From an uncultured Gaiellales bacterium (lineage in GTDB: Bacteria; Actinomycetota; Thermoleophilia; BMS3ABIN01), in NCBI GenBank assembly GCA_964497425.1, contig CAZCCR010000004.1, positions 6,345 through 70,344 of the forward strand: a stretch of 64,000 bases of DNA, in the 5' to 3' direction. The position numbers and the translations under genes are program-made. A model generated the notes under the pieces. The model saw only the letters and a program-made list of their open reading frames with translations. It did no database searches and was not told the DNA's origin. Positions 9,265-20,932 of the stretch are shown here, one piece after another (the stretch's first letter is position 1; the number at the start of each line of letters is the position of its first letter).

Positions 9265-9969
9265 CTAGACCTCCTTGTCCTGGGAGAATTCTTCCATGAT
9301 GGTGACCGCGTGGCTGGTGCCCAGCCTGGCGGAGCCGGCGTTTATCATGGTCTCGGCGTCCTCGGCGGTGACGATGCCGCCCGCCGCCTTCACGCCCAGG
9401 CTCTCGGAGAGCTCGTCCCGCAAGAGCTCCACATCGGGCACCGTGGCCCCGGCCGGGCCGAACCCCGTCGAGGTCTTGACGAAATCGGCGCCGGCATCCT
9501 CCACCATCCGTGCCACCAGCCGCAGCAGCTTGGGTTCGAAATAGCAGGCCTCCACTATCACCTTCACCAGTACCAGGCCCTTGCCGACGTTCACGCTCTT
9601 CATGCGCACGGCGCGCACCACGGAAGCGACCTCGTCACGCACCAGCTTGAAGTTGCCCGAGAGCATGGCGCCGATGTTTATGACGAACTCCACCTCGTCC
9701 GCTCCCACTCCCACCGCGTTCTCCGCCGCCCTCACCTTGGTGCGGGTCGTGTCGGCGCCGAAGGGGAAGGACACAACGGTGCAGACCTTGGAGTCCTTTC
9801 CCTTCAGAAGGGTGGCTGCCAGCGGCACCCAGGCGGGGAAGATGCAGACTGTGGCGAAATGATGCTCCACCGCCTCCTCACAGAGCTGCTCGATGTCCGC
9901 ACGCGTGGCGTCGGGCCTAAGCAGGGTGTGATCGATGGTCTTGGCCAGCTCTTCGATTCTCAGCGCCAT
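9265..9969 (-). CDS. deoC: deoxyribose-phosphate aldolase
   Basis: TIDHTLL...ATVCIFP...VKVIVEACYF...KTSTGFGPAGATVPDV motifs. The ATG at 9967-9969 (MALRIEEL) with GGAGG upstream is the likely start. The ORF track extends 41 aa further upstream. Confidence 0.85.
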   Translation of the reverse strand: MALRIEELAKTIDHTLLRPDATRADIEQLCEEAVEHHFATVCIFPAWVPLAATLLKGKDSKVCTVVSFPFGADTTRTKVRAAENAVGVGADEVEFVINIGAMLSGNFKLVRDEVASVVRAVRMKSVNVGKGLVLVKVIVEACYFEPKLLRLVARMVEDAGADFVKTSTGFGPAGATVPDVELLRDELSESLGVKAAGGIVTAEDAETMINAGSARLGTSHAVTIMEEFSQDKEV

Positions 9970-10057
9970 CGGCAGCCTCCGTTTCCGTTTCCTGTGCCGG
10001 TGAACAGGGACTTTCCCGGCTAGGGCTATAGTATCACAGCGGTCAAGGAGCTCTCCC

Positions 10058-10957
10058 TCAGAGCCCCAGGTCATCGAGGCGGCGCGAATCATCGCGCCAC
10101 CGCTTCTTCACCCTCACTACCAGTTCGAGGTAGACCCGTGAGCCGAGAAGCTTCTCTATCTCCTTCCTGGCACGGGTGCCTATCTCCCTGATCATCCTTC
10201 CCCTCCTGCCGACCATTATGCCTTTCTGCGATTCCCGTTCGACGATAACGGCGGCGGCTATGTCGATTATGCCTCCCCCCTCTCGTTCGTCCATCGCCGT
10301 CACATCCACGGCGACGGCGTGAGGCACCTCCTCACGTGTCAGCCTGATGGCCTGCTCCCTGATGAGCTCGGCTACCAGCATCCTTTCCGGTTGGTCCGTG
10401 ACCGCGTCTTCAGGAAAGTACCTAGGGCCGGGAGCCAGGGCCGCCATCATGGCAGAGACCAGCTCACCGACACGGTCCCCCCTCAGGGCGCTGACGGGGA
10501 AGAGCTCGCGGCTGTCGCCCAACGCTGCGGCCTGCTGCAGGGCCGGCAATAACTGTGCCTCTTCGGCTATATCCGTCTTGTTCACGGCAATGAACACCGG
10601 CGTGCCGGAGTCGAACGATGCGCTTGCCACCAGACGGTCTCCCGCACCCACCGGCTCCACGGCGCTTGTCACCATCAGGATCATGTCCACCTCAGCCAGC
10701 GTGGTCTCTACTGCTTGCTGCATACGTTCGGTGAGCAGGTCACGCGGCTTCTGAAAGCCCGGCAGGTCGAGCAGCACCAGTTGACCTTCGGGGCGGTTCA
10801 CTATGCCGGCTATGCGGTTGCGGGTGGTCTGGGGCCGGGGGGAGGTTATGGCCACCTTCTCGCCCACCATGCGGTTGACCAGCGTGGACTTGCCGACGTT
10901 GGGCCGGCCGGCGACGGCTGCGAAGCCCGAGTGGGGAATGATATCGCCGCAGCTCAC
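10058..10957 (-). CDS. era: GTPase Era
   Basis: GFAAVAGRPNVGKSTLVN, DLPG and NKTD motifs plus a KH domain at the C-terminus. The GTG start at 10955-10957 with GGGAGG upstream gives a ~300 aa protein. The Arg/Gly-rich 120-aa extension in the ORF track is an antisense/GC artefact overlapping the GNAT gene. Confidence 0.88.
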   Translation of the reverse strand: MSCGDIIPHSGFAAVAGRPNVGKSTLVNRMVGEKVAITSPRPQTTRNRIAGIVNRPEGQLVLLDLPGFQKPRDLLTERMQQAVETTLAEVDMILMVTSAVEPVGAGDRLVASASFDSGTPVFIAVNKTDIAEEAQLLPALQQAAALGDSRELFPVSALRGDRVGELVSAMMAALAPGPRYFPEDAVTDQPERMLVAELIREQAIRLTREEVPHAVAVDVTAMDEREGGGIIDIAAAVIVERESQKGIMVGRRGRMIREIGTRARKEIEKLLGSRVYLELVVRVKKRWRDDSRRLDDLGL

Positions 10958-11409
10958 GCCCCGCCTCCCCGCCTGAGCGGCGCAGCCAGCAGCAGCCGTC
11001 GCCGGCCGGCCCCGTAGAACTCTCCCAGTTCCTCCAGCTCTTCGAAGCCTGTCGCGCGGTAGAGCGCCATGGCTGCCTCGTTGCCCGGGTCCGCCGTCAC
11101 CAGCAGCCTGCTGTACCCCTCCCGGCCCAGCCGGTCCATGACCTGCCCCAGCAGCTCCCTGCCCAGACCCCGGCGGCGTCTTTCCGGGACCACGTAGAAG
11201 GCGTCCATGTAGAGGTCGCCGCTTTCGCGGCAGGCGAACACCTGCGCCGAGGCTATGATGTCCTCCCCCTCCTCGGCCACGAACAGGAACCCGAAGGCCG
11301 CTATCACCGGCAGCAACCATTCACCGGGCGCCGCCGGGCCCAGGGACCTTCGCCCGCAATCGGCCAGCCTTGACAGTAGCCCGGGCTTAAGGGAGATCAC
11401 CAGCCTCAT
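10954..11409 (-). CDS. GNAT family N-acetyltransferase
   Basis: RRRGLGRELL, YSRLLVTADPGNEAAMALYRATGF acetyl-CoA binding motif. Start taken at MRLVISL. The stop overlaps the era start. Confidence 0.75.
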   Translation of the reverse strand: MRLVISLKPGLLSRLADCGRRSLGPAAPGEWLLPVIAAFGFLFVAEEGEDIIASAQVFACRESGDLYMDAFYVVPERRRRGLGRELLGQVMDRLGREGYSRLLVTADPGNEAAMALYRATGFEELEELGEFYGAGRRRLLLAAPLRRGGGA

Positions 11410-11485
11410 CCCGGTTTTTTCCTCATCCCCGCTCAAGATCGATCAGGCCTGACAGGGACTCTCCGCCCGCATGACAGCCGCCGCC

Positions 11486-12196
11486 TCATCCCCAAAGCTG
11501 GAAGAAGAAGATGGTTATGACGATGCCCAGCACGGCCCCGGCCACCACCTCGTAAAAGGAGTGGATGCCCGATTCCACCCGGCTCTGGGCCACCAGCACC
11601 GCCATCATGAAAGCCAGCAGGGAGATGAGGATGCCGTGGGTGAGTGAGGCAGAGGTGAAGGTGATGGCGGTCCAGCCCGCAAAGGCGATGGCGCTGTGTC
11701 CCGACGGCATGCCCCCGTGAAAAGGCGTCCCCCGGTGGAAGAGAGACTTGACCACTATCACCAGCAGAAGCACCATCACCAAAGCGATGACGGAGAGATG
11801 GGTAGGTGACTGTCTCACCCGCGTCACCAGCGTGCGCGTCGGCTCTTCCAGCCGGTCGAAAAAGATGAGGTAGCCAACGGCCAGGGCGTTGAGCGCAGCG
11901 ATGAGCACCGCCCCGGCCGCCACGTCCTTGGCTATCTTGGCCATGGGGTCGAAGGCGGTGCCGAAGGTGTCGATGGCGGCCTCAACGGCGGTGTTTATCA
12001 TCTCCGTGATGAGGACGAAGCTTACCGTTATCAGCAAGGCCGCCAGCTCCGCCCGGGAGAGCTCGAAGAAGAGGCTGCCGCCGATGACGGCGAGGGCCAC
12101 GGTGAAATGGATCTTCATGTTGCGCTGGGTGCGCAGGACATGGACTATGCCCTCGAAAGCCCAGGTGAAGCTCTTTAGTGTGCTGCGTCGAAACAT
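11486..12196 (-). CDS. dgkA: diacylglycerol/undecaprenol kinase (DgkA family) fused to a PAP2 phosphatase domain
   Basis: DgkA motifs (AFEGIVHVLRTQRNMKIH, ITEMINTAVEAAIDT, KDVAAGAVL). C-terminal PSGH and SRVESGIHSFYEVVAG match PAP2 motifs 2 and 3. ATG at 12194-12196. The upstream 98 aa in the ORF track are Arg-rich artefact. Confidence 0.8.
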   Translation of the reverse strand: MFRRSTLKSFTWAFEGIVHVLRTQRNMKIHFTVALAVIGGSLFFELSRAELAALLITVSFVLITEMINTAVEAAIDTFGTAFDPMAKIAKDVAAGAVLIAALNALAVGYLIFFDRLEEPTRTLVTRVRQSPTHLSVIALVMVLLLVIVVKSLFHRGTPFHGGMPSGHSAIAFAGWTAITFTSASLTHGILISLLAFMMAVLVAQSRVESGIHSFYEVVAGAVLGIVITIFFFQLWG

Positions 12197-12236
12197 CTCG
12201 GTAGCCTCGGACGACCTGCCTGCCGACAGGAGTTTT

Positions 12237-12680
12237 TCAGAAGCACAACCGGTTGAACAACCGGTTCTGCAGGGAGTCCATCTCACCGGAATCCTTCTCA
12301 TGGTCGGAGCCGGCGATGTGCAGTATGCCGTGAATGAGCAGCAGGCACATCTCCTCCTCGAAGGTGGTGCCCTCGCTCTCCGCCTGCGCCTGGGCCACCT
12401 CCGGGCTGATGACCACGTCTCCCAGTAGCAGCGGCACCCCTTCCTCCCCCTGCCGCTCTTCACCGGCGTCGATGGGGAAGGCCAGTACATCCGTGGGGCT
12501 GTCCCTGCCCATCTTCTCGCGGTTCAGCTCCCGCATCTCCTCGTGACCGACGAAGGTCAGGCCCAGCTCACCCCTGCCTATCCCCAGGGATTCCAGCACC
12601 CGCCGCGCCAGGGATTCGATCCGTTGCCGGTCCACCTCGATGGACGAACGGCTGTCTATCTGGATCTCCACCCCCGGCAT
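12237..12680 (-). CDS. ybeY: rRNA maturation endoribonuclease YbeY
   Basis: HGILHIAGSDHE zinc-binding motif. Confidence 0.9.
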   Translation of the reverse strand: MPGVEIQIDSRSSIEVDRQRIESLARRVLESLGIGRGELGLTFVGHEEMRELNREKMGRDSPTDVLAFPIDAGEERQGEEGVPLLLGDVVISPEVAQAQAESEGTTFEEEMCLLLIHGILHIAGSDHEKDSGEMDSLQNRLFNRLCF

Positions 12681-14857
12681 CAGGCACTTCCCCGCTGTCG
12701 GCGCCGCCGCGCCAGGTCGTCCGCCGCCGGCAGCCTGTCGACTTCACCCTGCTCCTTGCCGTCCGGGTACGGGATGCGCCTGGCACCATAGCCCTGCATG
12801 TTCTTCTCGAAGACCCGGCGCACCGTTTCCAGTTCGCCGAAGGTCATGCGACTCTCGCTGAACTGGCCGTCCCTCAGACGCTGGTCGAATATCTCGCGGA
12901 TGACAGCATTGATTCCGCGGACCGTCGGGTTCTTCATGGAACGCACCGCCGCTTCCACCGAGTCGGCCATCATCACGATGGCCGCTTCGCGCGAACGGGG
13001 CTTCTTGCCGTCATAACGGAAGGTCTCCTCATCGACGTTGCCGCCTGTCTCCCTGGCCTTGTGATAGAAATATGAGAGGACTGTGGTGCCATGATGTTCC
13101 TCGATGATGTCGATTATCTCCGGCGGCAGCCCCTCCCTCACCGCCAGACGCACCCCGTCGCGCACGTGCGCCTTGATCGCCAGCCGGGAGAGGCTGGGAG
13201 TCAGCCGGTCATGGGGATTCTGCACATGGAACTGGTTCTCGATGAAGTATTCGGGACGGTCGAGCTTGCCGATGTCATGGTAATAGGCCCCCACGCGCGC
13301 CAGCAGTACGTTGGCGCCGATGGCCTCTGCTGCCGACTCCGCCAGGTTCCCCATAAGGATGCTGTGGTTGTAGGTCCCCGGCGCCTTCATCATCAGCTCC
13401 TTGAGGATGTGGCGGGTCGGGTCCCCCAGCTCCAGCAGACGCAGTGGAGTGGCCAGGTTGAAGGCCATCTCGTAGACGGAAAGCAGGCCCATGGCGACGA
13501 TGATGGAAAGCGCCCCGTTCGCCGCCCCCCACACCACGCTCTCGACCAGCTGCGACCATGAGTTCTCGCTCAGCTGACCGGCGGCGGCGGCGGTAGCTGT
13601 CACTATCGCTCCCGCCACCAGGCCGGCGCTGAGGATATCGCCACGCTTGGTGACGTTGGTGACAAGGAACGTGGCGGAGATACCCCCGATGAGGGCGATG
13701 ACCACATACTGGGCCTCCGACCCTCCCACCACCGCGACGTTGACGCTGGCGAACACCACCAGCACCATGGCCAGGCGCGTGCGCAGGAAGATGGTGCCCA
13801 TTATCCCCAGCGCGGCCATCGGCACCAGCATGGGCGTCAGGGGCTCTATGGTGGATACCCTTCCCAACACAGCGAACAGTATCAGGAACGAAGCGGTGAT
13901 GAACTGCAGTGAGCGCGATTCACGCACCCGCTTCTCGAACTGGGCTATGAATGCTGTAGCCAGCAACACCTCGATCAGCACCAGCAGGCCGATACCGGCG
14001 ATAGTGCCGAGCTTCTCCTGCTGCCGGGTGAGGCCCAGGGCGTCCAGAGTAGCCATATCGTCGGCAGTCACCACCTGGCCGCGGGAGAGGATGGTCTCAC
14101 CGTTGCGCACGGTCACGATAACCGGCTGCACCTTGGAGGCCGCTTCCTCCTTGGCCTGCTGCGTCTTCTCCCTGTCCACCTTGTAGTCGGGCTCCAGGTA
14201 GGTGCTTCCTATCTCGGCGGCGGCGCTTTCCTGCCCTGGGCTCATCGCCCTGGTCAACAGCAGCGCCTCCAGCCGGTCCCTGTCGGTTGCCAGCGTCTCT
14301 TCGGTGACGTTCCCCTGCAGGATGGCCTGGGCGCCATCCAGGACCGCTTTGCGCATATCGCTCAGCTGCGCCGGCTCCATAGACGCCAGGGTGGTCAGGG
14401 TCTCGTCACTAAGCTTCGGCAGGTTATCGAGCCTGCGGATGCGGTCCAGCGCCTTCCGGGGGTCGAAGGGTTGGGAGGCGGCCTGGGCGGCGGTCCTCTC
14501 CTCGACCACGACCTTTCCCACTTCATCGAAGAAGGTTGATATATTGCCCGTGACCCGCGGCAGCACCTCCGGGTCGTAGGCATAGACATCGCTTACCTCA
14601 TCGGCCGCCGTCTGCTGTCGCCGCTCCGTCTCCGCCTTGTTCTCATAAGTCAGGGTACGGGGCGCCGTGATCTCCTCGGGTGAGACGTCTCCCTCGGAAA
14701 GGTCGTAGCGCGCAGGCAGGTAGGCGCTGGCCAGGATGGCCCAGACAAGCAGGAAGGTCATCACCGCCATCGCCGCCGAGAACAGCCGGAGGTCGATGTG
14801 ATTCACGCCATTCCTCGCCGAGGCGGCAGCGTGCTCCATGGGGGCGGGCAGCTTCAT
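12680..14857 (-). CDS. 7TM-receptor / HD-domain membrane hydrolase (YqfF/PgpH family)
   Basis: N-terminal extracellular domain, 7 TM helices, C-terminal HD domain (YYHDIGK). Conserved phoH-yqfF-ybeY-dgkA-era synteny. Confidence 0.85.
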   Translation of the reverse strand: MKLPAPMEHAAASARNGVNHIDLRLFSAAMAVMTFLLVWAILASAYLPARYDLSEGDVSPEEITAPRTLTYENKAETERRQQTAADEVSDVYAYDPEVLPRVTGNISTFFDEVGKVVVEERTAAQAASQPFDPRKALDRIRRLDNLPKLSDETLTTLASMEPAQLSDMRKAVLDGAQAILQGNVTEETLATDRDRLEALLLTRAMSPGQESAAAEIGSTYLEPDYKVDREKTQQAKEEAASKVQPVIVTVRNGETILSRGQVVTADDMATLDALGLTRQQEKLGTIAGIGLLVLIEVLLATAFIAQFEKRVRESRSLQFITASFLILFAVLGRVSTIEPLTPMLVPMAALGIMGTIFLRTRLAMVLVVFASVNVAVVGGSEAQYVVIALIGGISATFLVTNVTKRGDILSAGLVAGAIVTATAAAAGQLSENSWSQLVESVVWGAANGALSIIVAMGLLSVYEMAFNLATPLRLLELGDPTRHILKELMMKAPGTYNHSILMGNLAESAAEAIGANVLLARVGAYYHDIGKLDRPEYFIENQFHVQNPHDRLTPSLSRLAIKAHVRDGVRLAVREGLPPEIIDIIEEHHGTTVLSYFYHKARETGGNVDEETFRYDGKKPRSREAAIVMMADSVEAAVRSMKNPTVRGINAVIREIFDQRLRDGQFSESRMTFGELETVRRVFEKNMQGYGARRIPYPDGKEQGEVDRLPAADDLARRRRQRGSA

Positions 14858-15798
14858 TTTCGCCCCGAGAATCTCTTGTAGGCGGCCACTATCTTCTGCA
14901 CCAGCTTGTGTCGTACCACGTCCTTGCTCTCGAAATCGATGAAAGCTATGTCACCGACATCGCCGAGGATGTCCACCACGCTCACCAGGCCGGAGAACCT
15001 GGCATCGGGAAGGTCCACCTGGGTGACATCGCCGGTGACCACCATGCGCGAACCGAAACCCAGCCTGGTCAGGAACATCTTCATCTGCTCCGGACTGGTG
15101 TTCTGCGCCTCGTCCAGGATGATGAAGGAGTCGTTGAGGGTGCGCCCCCGCATGAACGCCAGCGGCGCCACCTCGATTCCGCCCCGCTCCATCAGCGCCG
15201 TCAGCCGGTCCGGCTCCACCATGTCGTAGAGGGCGTCGAACAGGGGTCTCAGGTAGGGGTCGACCTTCTCCAGCATGGTGCCGGGCAGAAAGCCGATCTT
15301 CTCCCCGGCCTCCACCGCCGGCCGGGTGAGGATGATGCGGTTCACCTTCCTGGTCATCAGCTCACTGACGGCCAGGGCCAGGGCCAGATAGGTCTTGCCC
15401 GTTCCGGCGGGGCCGATGGCGAAGGTGATGCTGTGGCTGCGCATGGCATCCACATATCTCTTCTGATTGATGGTCTTGGGGACTATCCTGCGTCCCCGGT
15501 ATTCCCAGACCACGTCACCGTAGACCTCGGAGGGCTTGCCCGAGGCCTCTCCCAGCATGGAGCCTACGGAAGCCACCGTCTCCGCGTCCACCACGTGGCC
15601 GGCGTCGATCAGTTCCACCAGCTCCTCCACCACGGCCCGGCCGCGCTCGACCTCTTCCCTGCTGCCCTCGAAGGAGACCTGGTTGCCCCTGACGCCTATC
15701 TCACAGTCGAGGCGGCGCTCCAGCTCCCTGAGGGTGGCGTCGTGCTCCCCCGCCAGCTCCGCCATGATGTCGTTATCGATCTCCAGTACCTTTTTCAT
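14854..15798 (-). CDS. phoH: PhoH-like ATPase
   Basis: FAIGPAGTGKTYLA Walker A, DEAQN Walker B, KH-like N-terminus. Confidence 0.92.
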   Translation of the reverse strand: MKKVLEIDNDIMAELAGEHDATLRELERRLDCEIGVRGNQVSFEGSREEVERGRAVVEELVELIDAGHVVDAETVASVGSMLGEASGKPSEVYGDVVWEYRGRRIVPKTINQKRYVDAMRSHSITFAIGPAGTGKTYLALALAVSELMTRKVNRIILTRPAVEAGEKIGFLPGTMLEKVDPYLRPLFDALYDMVEPDRLTALMERGGIEVAPLAFMRGRTLNDSFIILDEAQNTSPEQMKMFLTRLGFGSRMVVTGDVTQVDLPDARFSGLVSVVDILGDVGDIAFIDFESKDVVRHKLVQKIVAAYKRFSGRK

Positions 15799-15807
15799 CT
15801 CCGCCGC

Positions 15808-16254
15808 CTAGGAGGTGAGGGCCGACCTCACCATCTCGCTGACCACCTTGCCGTCGGCCCGGCCCGCTATCCTGGCCATGGCCGCCTTCATCACCTGGCC
15901 CATGGCAGACATATCCTCCGCTCCCGTCTCGCTGACGGCTTCCGCCACGATGGCCCTTATCTCTTCCTCGCTCAGGCCCCGGGGCAGATAAGCCTCTATC
16001 ATTTCCATCTCAGACTCCTCCGCCACGGCCCTGTCTTCCCTTCCACCCCGGCGGAACGCCTCCGCCGCCTGGGAGCGCTTCTTCCTCTCAGACTTGAGAA
16101 CAGCCAGCTCCTCCTCCTCACTCAGCTCGCCGCCGGACTCCTTGGCCGCCAGCTGAAGCCTGCTGAGCAGCATGCGCAGGGCGGTTACGCGCCGCCGGTC
16201 ACGCTGCTTCATGGCCGAGGCCATGTCCTCCTGGATCTTTCCCGTGATATTCAA
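15808..16254 (-). CDS. GatB/YqeY domain protein
   Basis: QEDMASAMKQRD...LSEEE...AMG motifs. Probable TTG start at 16252-16254 forming a TTGA overlap with the HIT stop. The ORF track's upstream extension is probably not translated. Confidence 0.75.
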   Translation of the reverse strand: MNITGKIQEDMASAMKQRDRRRVTALRMLLSRLQLAAKESGGELSEEEELAVLKSERKKRSQAAEAFRRGGREDRAVAEESEMEMIEAYLPRGLSEEEIRAIVAEAVSETGAEDMSAMGQVMKAAMARIAGRADGKVVSEMVRSALTS

Positions 16255-16610
16255 ATCCCTTCTCCCAGTTCGAAGCCGACGGACCTCCCCGCCAGCAGAT
16301 GCCAATGAATATGGAAGATGATCTGGCCGCCGCCGGAACCTACATTGGTTATCACCCGGTAGCCGCGGTCCCTCACCCTCAGCTTCTCGGCGGTCCGTAC
16401 CACGAACTCCAGCATGCGCTTGCAGAAATCACCGTCCGCTTCGCCGATGTCGTTCAGCGAGGACATATGCCGCCTGGGTATGACCAGGGCATGCACCGGC
16501 GCCTTCGGATACCTGTCCCATATGGCCATGAATTCCTCATCCTCCAGGATGGTCACAGCGTCCTCCCGGCCATCAATGATACGGCAAAAGAGGCATTCAC
16601 TGTTACCCAT
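16251..16610 (-). CDS. HIT family (histidine triad) protein
   Basis: CLFCRI and HIHWHLL histidine-triad motifs. Confidence 0.9.
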   Translation of the reverse strand: MGNSECLFCRIIDGREDAVTILEDEEFMAIWDRYPKAPVHALVIPRRHMSSLNDIGEADGDFCKRMLEFVVRTAEKLRVRDRGYRVITNVGSGGGQIIFHIHWHLLAGRSVGFELGEGI

Positions 16611-17838
16611 GCCCTGTAACCTTTCCCCTCACGGCCTCGCCGATAACACTGTCACCGCGTACGGACATCAGTTTCCCACAAGCACCGCCTTCCACCAGGT
16701 AGCGCGTGTAGTCGGGGCTGTACCCTGAGAAGACCCCGGGCTCCACCTCCGACTCCAGGAGGATTTCGTCCACCAGGCCCAGTTTCCTTCGACGATGGGC
16801 GTCGCCGAGGATGTCCGACAGCTCCCTCAGCCTGCGGGCCCGCCTCCGCCTCTCCGGGGAGGGCACCTCGCCCGGCATCCCCACCGCCCGGGTGCCCGGA
16901 CGCGCCGAGAAGGGGAAGACATGTACCCTGGTGAACCCAGCCTGCCGCACCAGCGACATGGTGTTCTCGAAAGCCGGACCGTCCTCACCAGGGAAACCGG
17001 CGATCACGTCGGTTGTCAGGTTGACATCCTCCAGCAGCGACCGGGCCAGCTCCATCCGCTCCAGGAAAGCTTTCGGTCCGTAGCGCCGGCCCATGGCCGA
17101 GAGCACGCCGGCGTCTCCGCTCTGAAGCGGTATATGCAGGTGGGGACAGACAGCGTGGCTTGATGCCATTGCTTCCAGCAGCTCACGGTCCACATGTACC
17201 GCCTCGATGGAACTGAGCCTGACCCGCCTGATACCTTCGACTGCGGTGATCATTTCGATCAGCTGCGGTAGCCTGACACCCTGGTCACGGTACGCTCCCA
17301 GGTTTATGCCGCTCAAAACCACCTCGGCGAAGCCCTGCCCGGCACGGGCGCGCGCCTCGGCCAGCACGTCTGCGGCGCTGCGGCTGCGGGGCTTTCCCCT
17401 CACCTGCGGGATGACACAATAGGCGCAGCGGTTGGCGCAGCCGTCCTGGACCTTGATGAGGGCGCGCGTGCGCCCGCCGGCGGGCGCACGCGCGCCCGTC
17501 TCTCCCCGCGCCGCCTCCCCCTTTATCTCCTCCGCCACCTCTCCGGGCTCACCCGTCACGACGGTCACATTACCGCCCAGGGCACTGAATGGCTCCGGGT
17601 CCAGCCGGACGGCGCAGCCGGTGACGAAGACCTTTCCGCCCGTCCCCACCCGCTTCAGGGAACGGCGCACCTCCTTGCGCGACTGCTTAACTGCCTCAGC
17701 GGTAACGCAGCAGGTGGAGACAAGGGCGAGAGGCTCTTCCGCCGACTGCGGCAGCAGTCCCAGTATCCGCTCCGAATCCGCCCGGTTCACCTTGCATCCC
17801 AGTACATGAGCCTGGATCCTTTCGATCCTTTCCTTCAT
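16603..17838 (-). CDS. mtaB: tRNA methylthiotransferase, MtaB-like (radical SAM)
   Basis: MTTase N-terminal domain, CANRCAYC radical-SAM motif, TRAM-like C-terminus. Synteny with rsmE and dnaJ. Confidence 0.85.
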   Translation of the reverse strand: MKERIERIQAHVLGCKVNRADSERILGLLPQSAEEPLALVSTCCVTAEAVKQSRKEVRRSLKRVGTGGKVFVTGCAVRLDPEPFSALGGNVTVVTGEPGEVAEEIKGEAARGETGARAPAGGRTRALIKVQDGCANRCAYCVIPQVRGKPRSRSAADVLAEARARAGQGFAEVVLSGINLGAYRDQGVRLPQLIEMITAVEGIRRVRLSSIEAVHVDRELLEAMASSHAVCPHLHIPLQSGDAGVLSAMGRRYGPKAFLERMELARSLLEDVNLTTDVIAGFPGEDGPAFENTMSLVRQAGFTRVHVFPFSARPGTRAVGMPGEVPSPERRRRARRLRELSDILGDAHRRRKLGLVDEILLESEVEPGVFSGYSPDYTRYLVEGGACGKLMSVRGDSVIGEAVRGKVTGHG

Positions 17839-18563
17839 CCCAGCGCTCCCATACGATGAAGGGCGATGGTCGCCGAGACGATGGCCGCGGTCTCGCTCCG
17901 CAGCAGCCGGCCGCCCAGGGTGGCGATGACAGCGCCCCTTTCCCTCAGCCGGCGCAGCTCACCGCCGCTGAAGCCCGCCTCCGGACCAACCAGCAGGGTG
18001 AGACTGCCGACCTCCTCTTCCATCAGCTCTCCCAACGGCTCCCCGCCGGTCTCGGTGGCAAGGGCTACCAGCCTGCCTTCGCTTCGGGCCGGCAGGTCAT
18101 CGATGGATAACGGCTCAAAGACTTCCATCACATAGTTGCGCCGCGACTGCCCGGAAGCCGCCCGGGCCACCCGCCGCCAGCGCTGAAGCCGGCGCGGACT
18201 CAGCCGCCCCTCAGCCACCACGGAGTTCTCGCTGTATACCGGCACGAGCGAGGCGACACCCAGCTCCGACAGTTTCTCGATTATCAGGTCCATCCTGCCG
18301 GCGCGGGGGATGGACTGGGCAACGGTCAACTCTCCGCGAGACGGCTCAGGAATGAGCATCTCGCCGGCTCTCGCCTCCACCCTGCCGTCGACAGCGGTGA
18401 TGGAGGCGGAATAAACCCGGCCGGCTGCGTCGGCCAGTTCCACCATGTCACCGGCAGCGAGCCTGAGGACCCTCGACACGTGAAAAGCATCGTCACCCTC
18501 CAGGGCCACGACCTCTCCCCGGGAGAGTTCGGTGGTTACGAAGAAGCGGTGGATGTGTGCCAA
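17835..18563 (-). CDS. rsmE: 16S rRNA (uracil1498-N3)-methyltransferase
   Basis: RsmE family (PUA-like N-terminus, SPOUT C-terminus: LLVGPEAGFS). Confidence 0.88.
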   Translation of the reverse strand: MAHIHRFFVTTELSRGEVVALEGDDAFHVSRVLRLAAGDMVELADAAGRVYSASITAVDGRVEARAGEMLIPEPSRGELTVAQSIPRAGRMDLIIEKLSELGVASLVPVYSENSVVAEGRLSPRRLQRWRRVARAASGQSRRNYVMEVFEPLSIDDLPARSEGRLVALATETGGEPLGELMEEEVGSLTLLVGPEAGFSGGELRRLRERGAVIATLGGRLLRSETAAIVSATIALHRMGALG

Positions 18564-18599
18564 TGTCTCGACCCCCGTCCGAAAGCGGCCCGCTCCGCT

Positions 18600-20805
<2,206 letters not shown>

Positions 20806-20863
20806 ATCAGGGGATATTCGAAGGCCGGGCGCAGGGCCCGCCTCTATCCTTCACACGACGTGT

Positions 20864-20888
20864 AAAAAGCAGCCGGCCAGCGGCCGGC
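20864..20888 (-). terminator. rho-independent terminator (GCCGGCC-GCT-GGCCGGC followed by CTTTTT on the minus strand) after the methyltransferase gene
   Basis: Perfect 7-bp GC stem with a 3-nt loop and a T-tract, read on the minus strand. Confidence 0.6.
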
Positions 20889-20932
20889 AACAGCGCGTCA
20901 GGGATATTCTACCACTATCGATGGCGTGGTAT

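Noticed and set aside
10958-11320. 120-aa N-terminal extension of era in the ORF track, and similar extensions on deoC, dnaJ, dgkA, metF, trpC and yqeY
   Set aside because: The extensions are low-complexity, overlap the upstream genes, and conserved protein N-termini with RBS-preceded ATG/GTG/TTG starts lie internally.
20806-20932. Search for a CIRCE operator (TTAGCACTC-N9-GAGTGCTAA) upstream of hrcA
   Set aside because: Not present. Only an ACACG-A-CGTGT inverted repeat and the upstream gene's terminator were found. The hrcA-dnaJ pair without grpE/dnaK fits actinobacterial-style organisation and is not a deletion.
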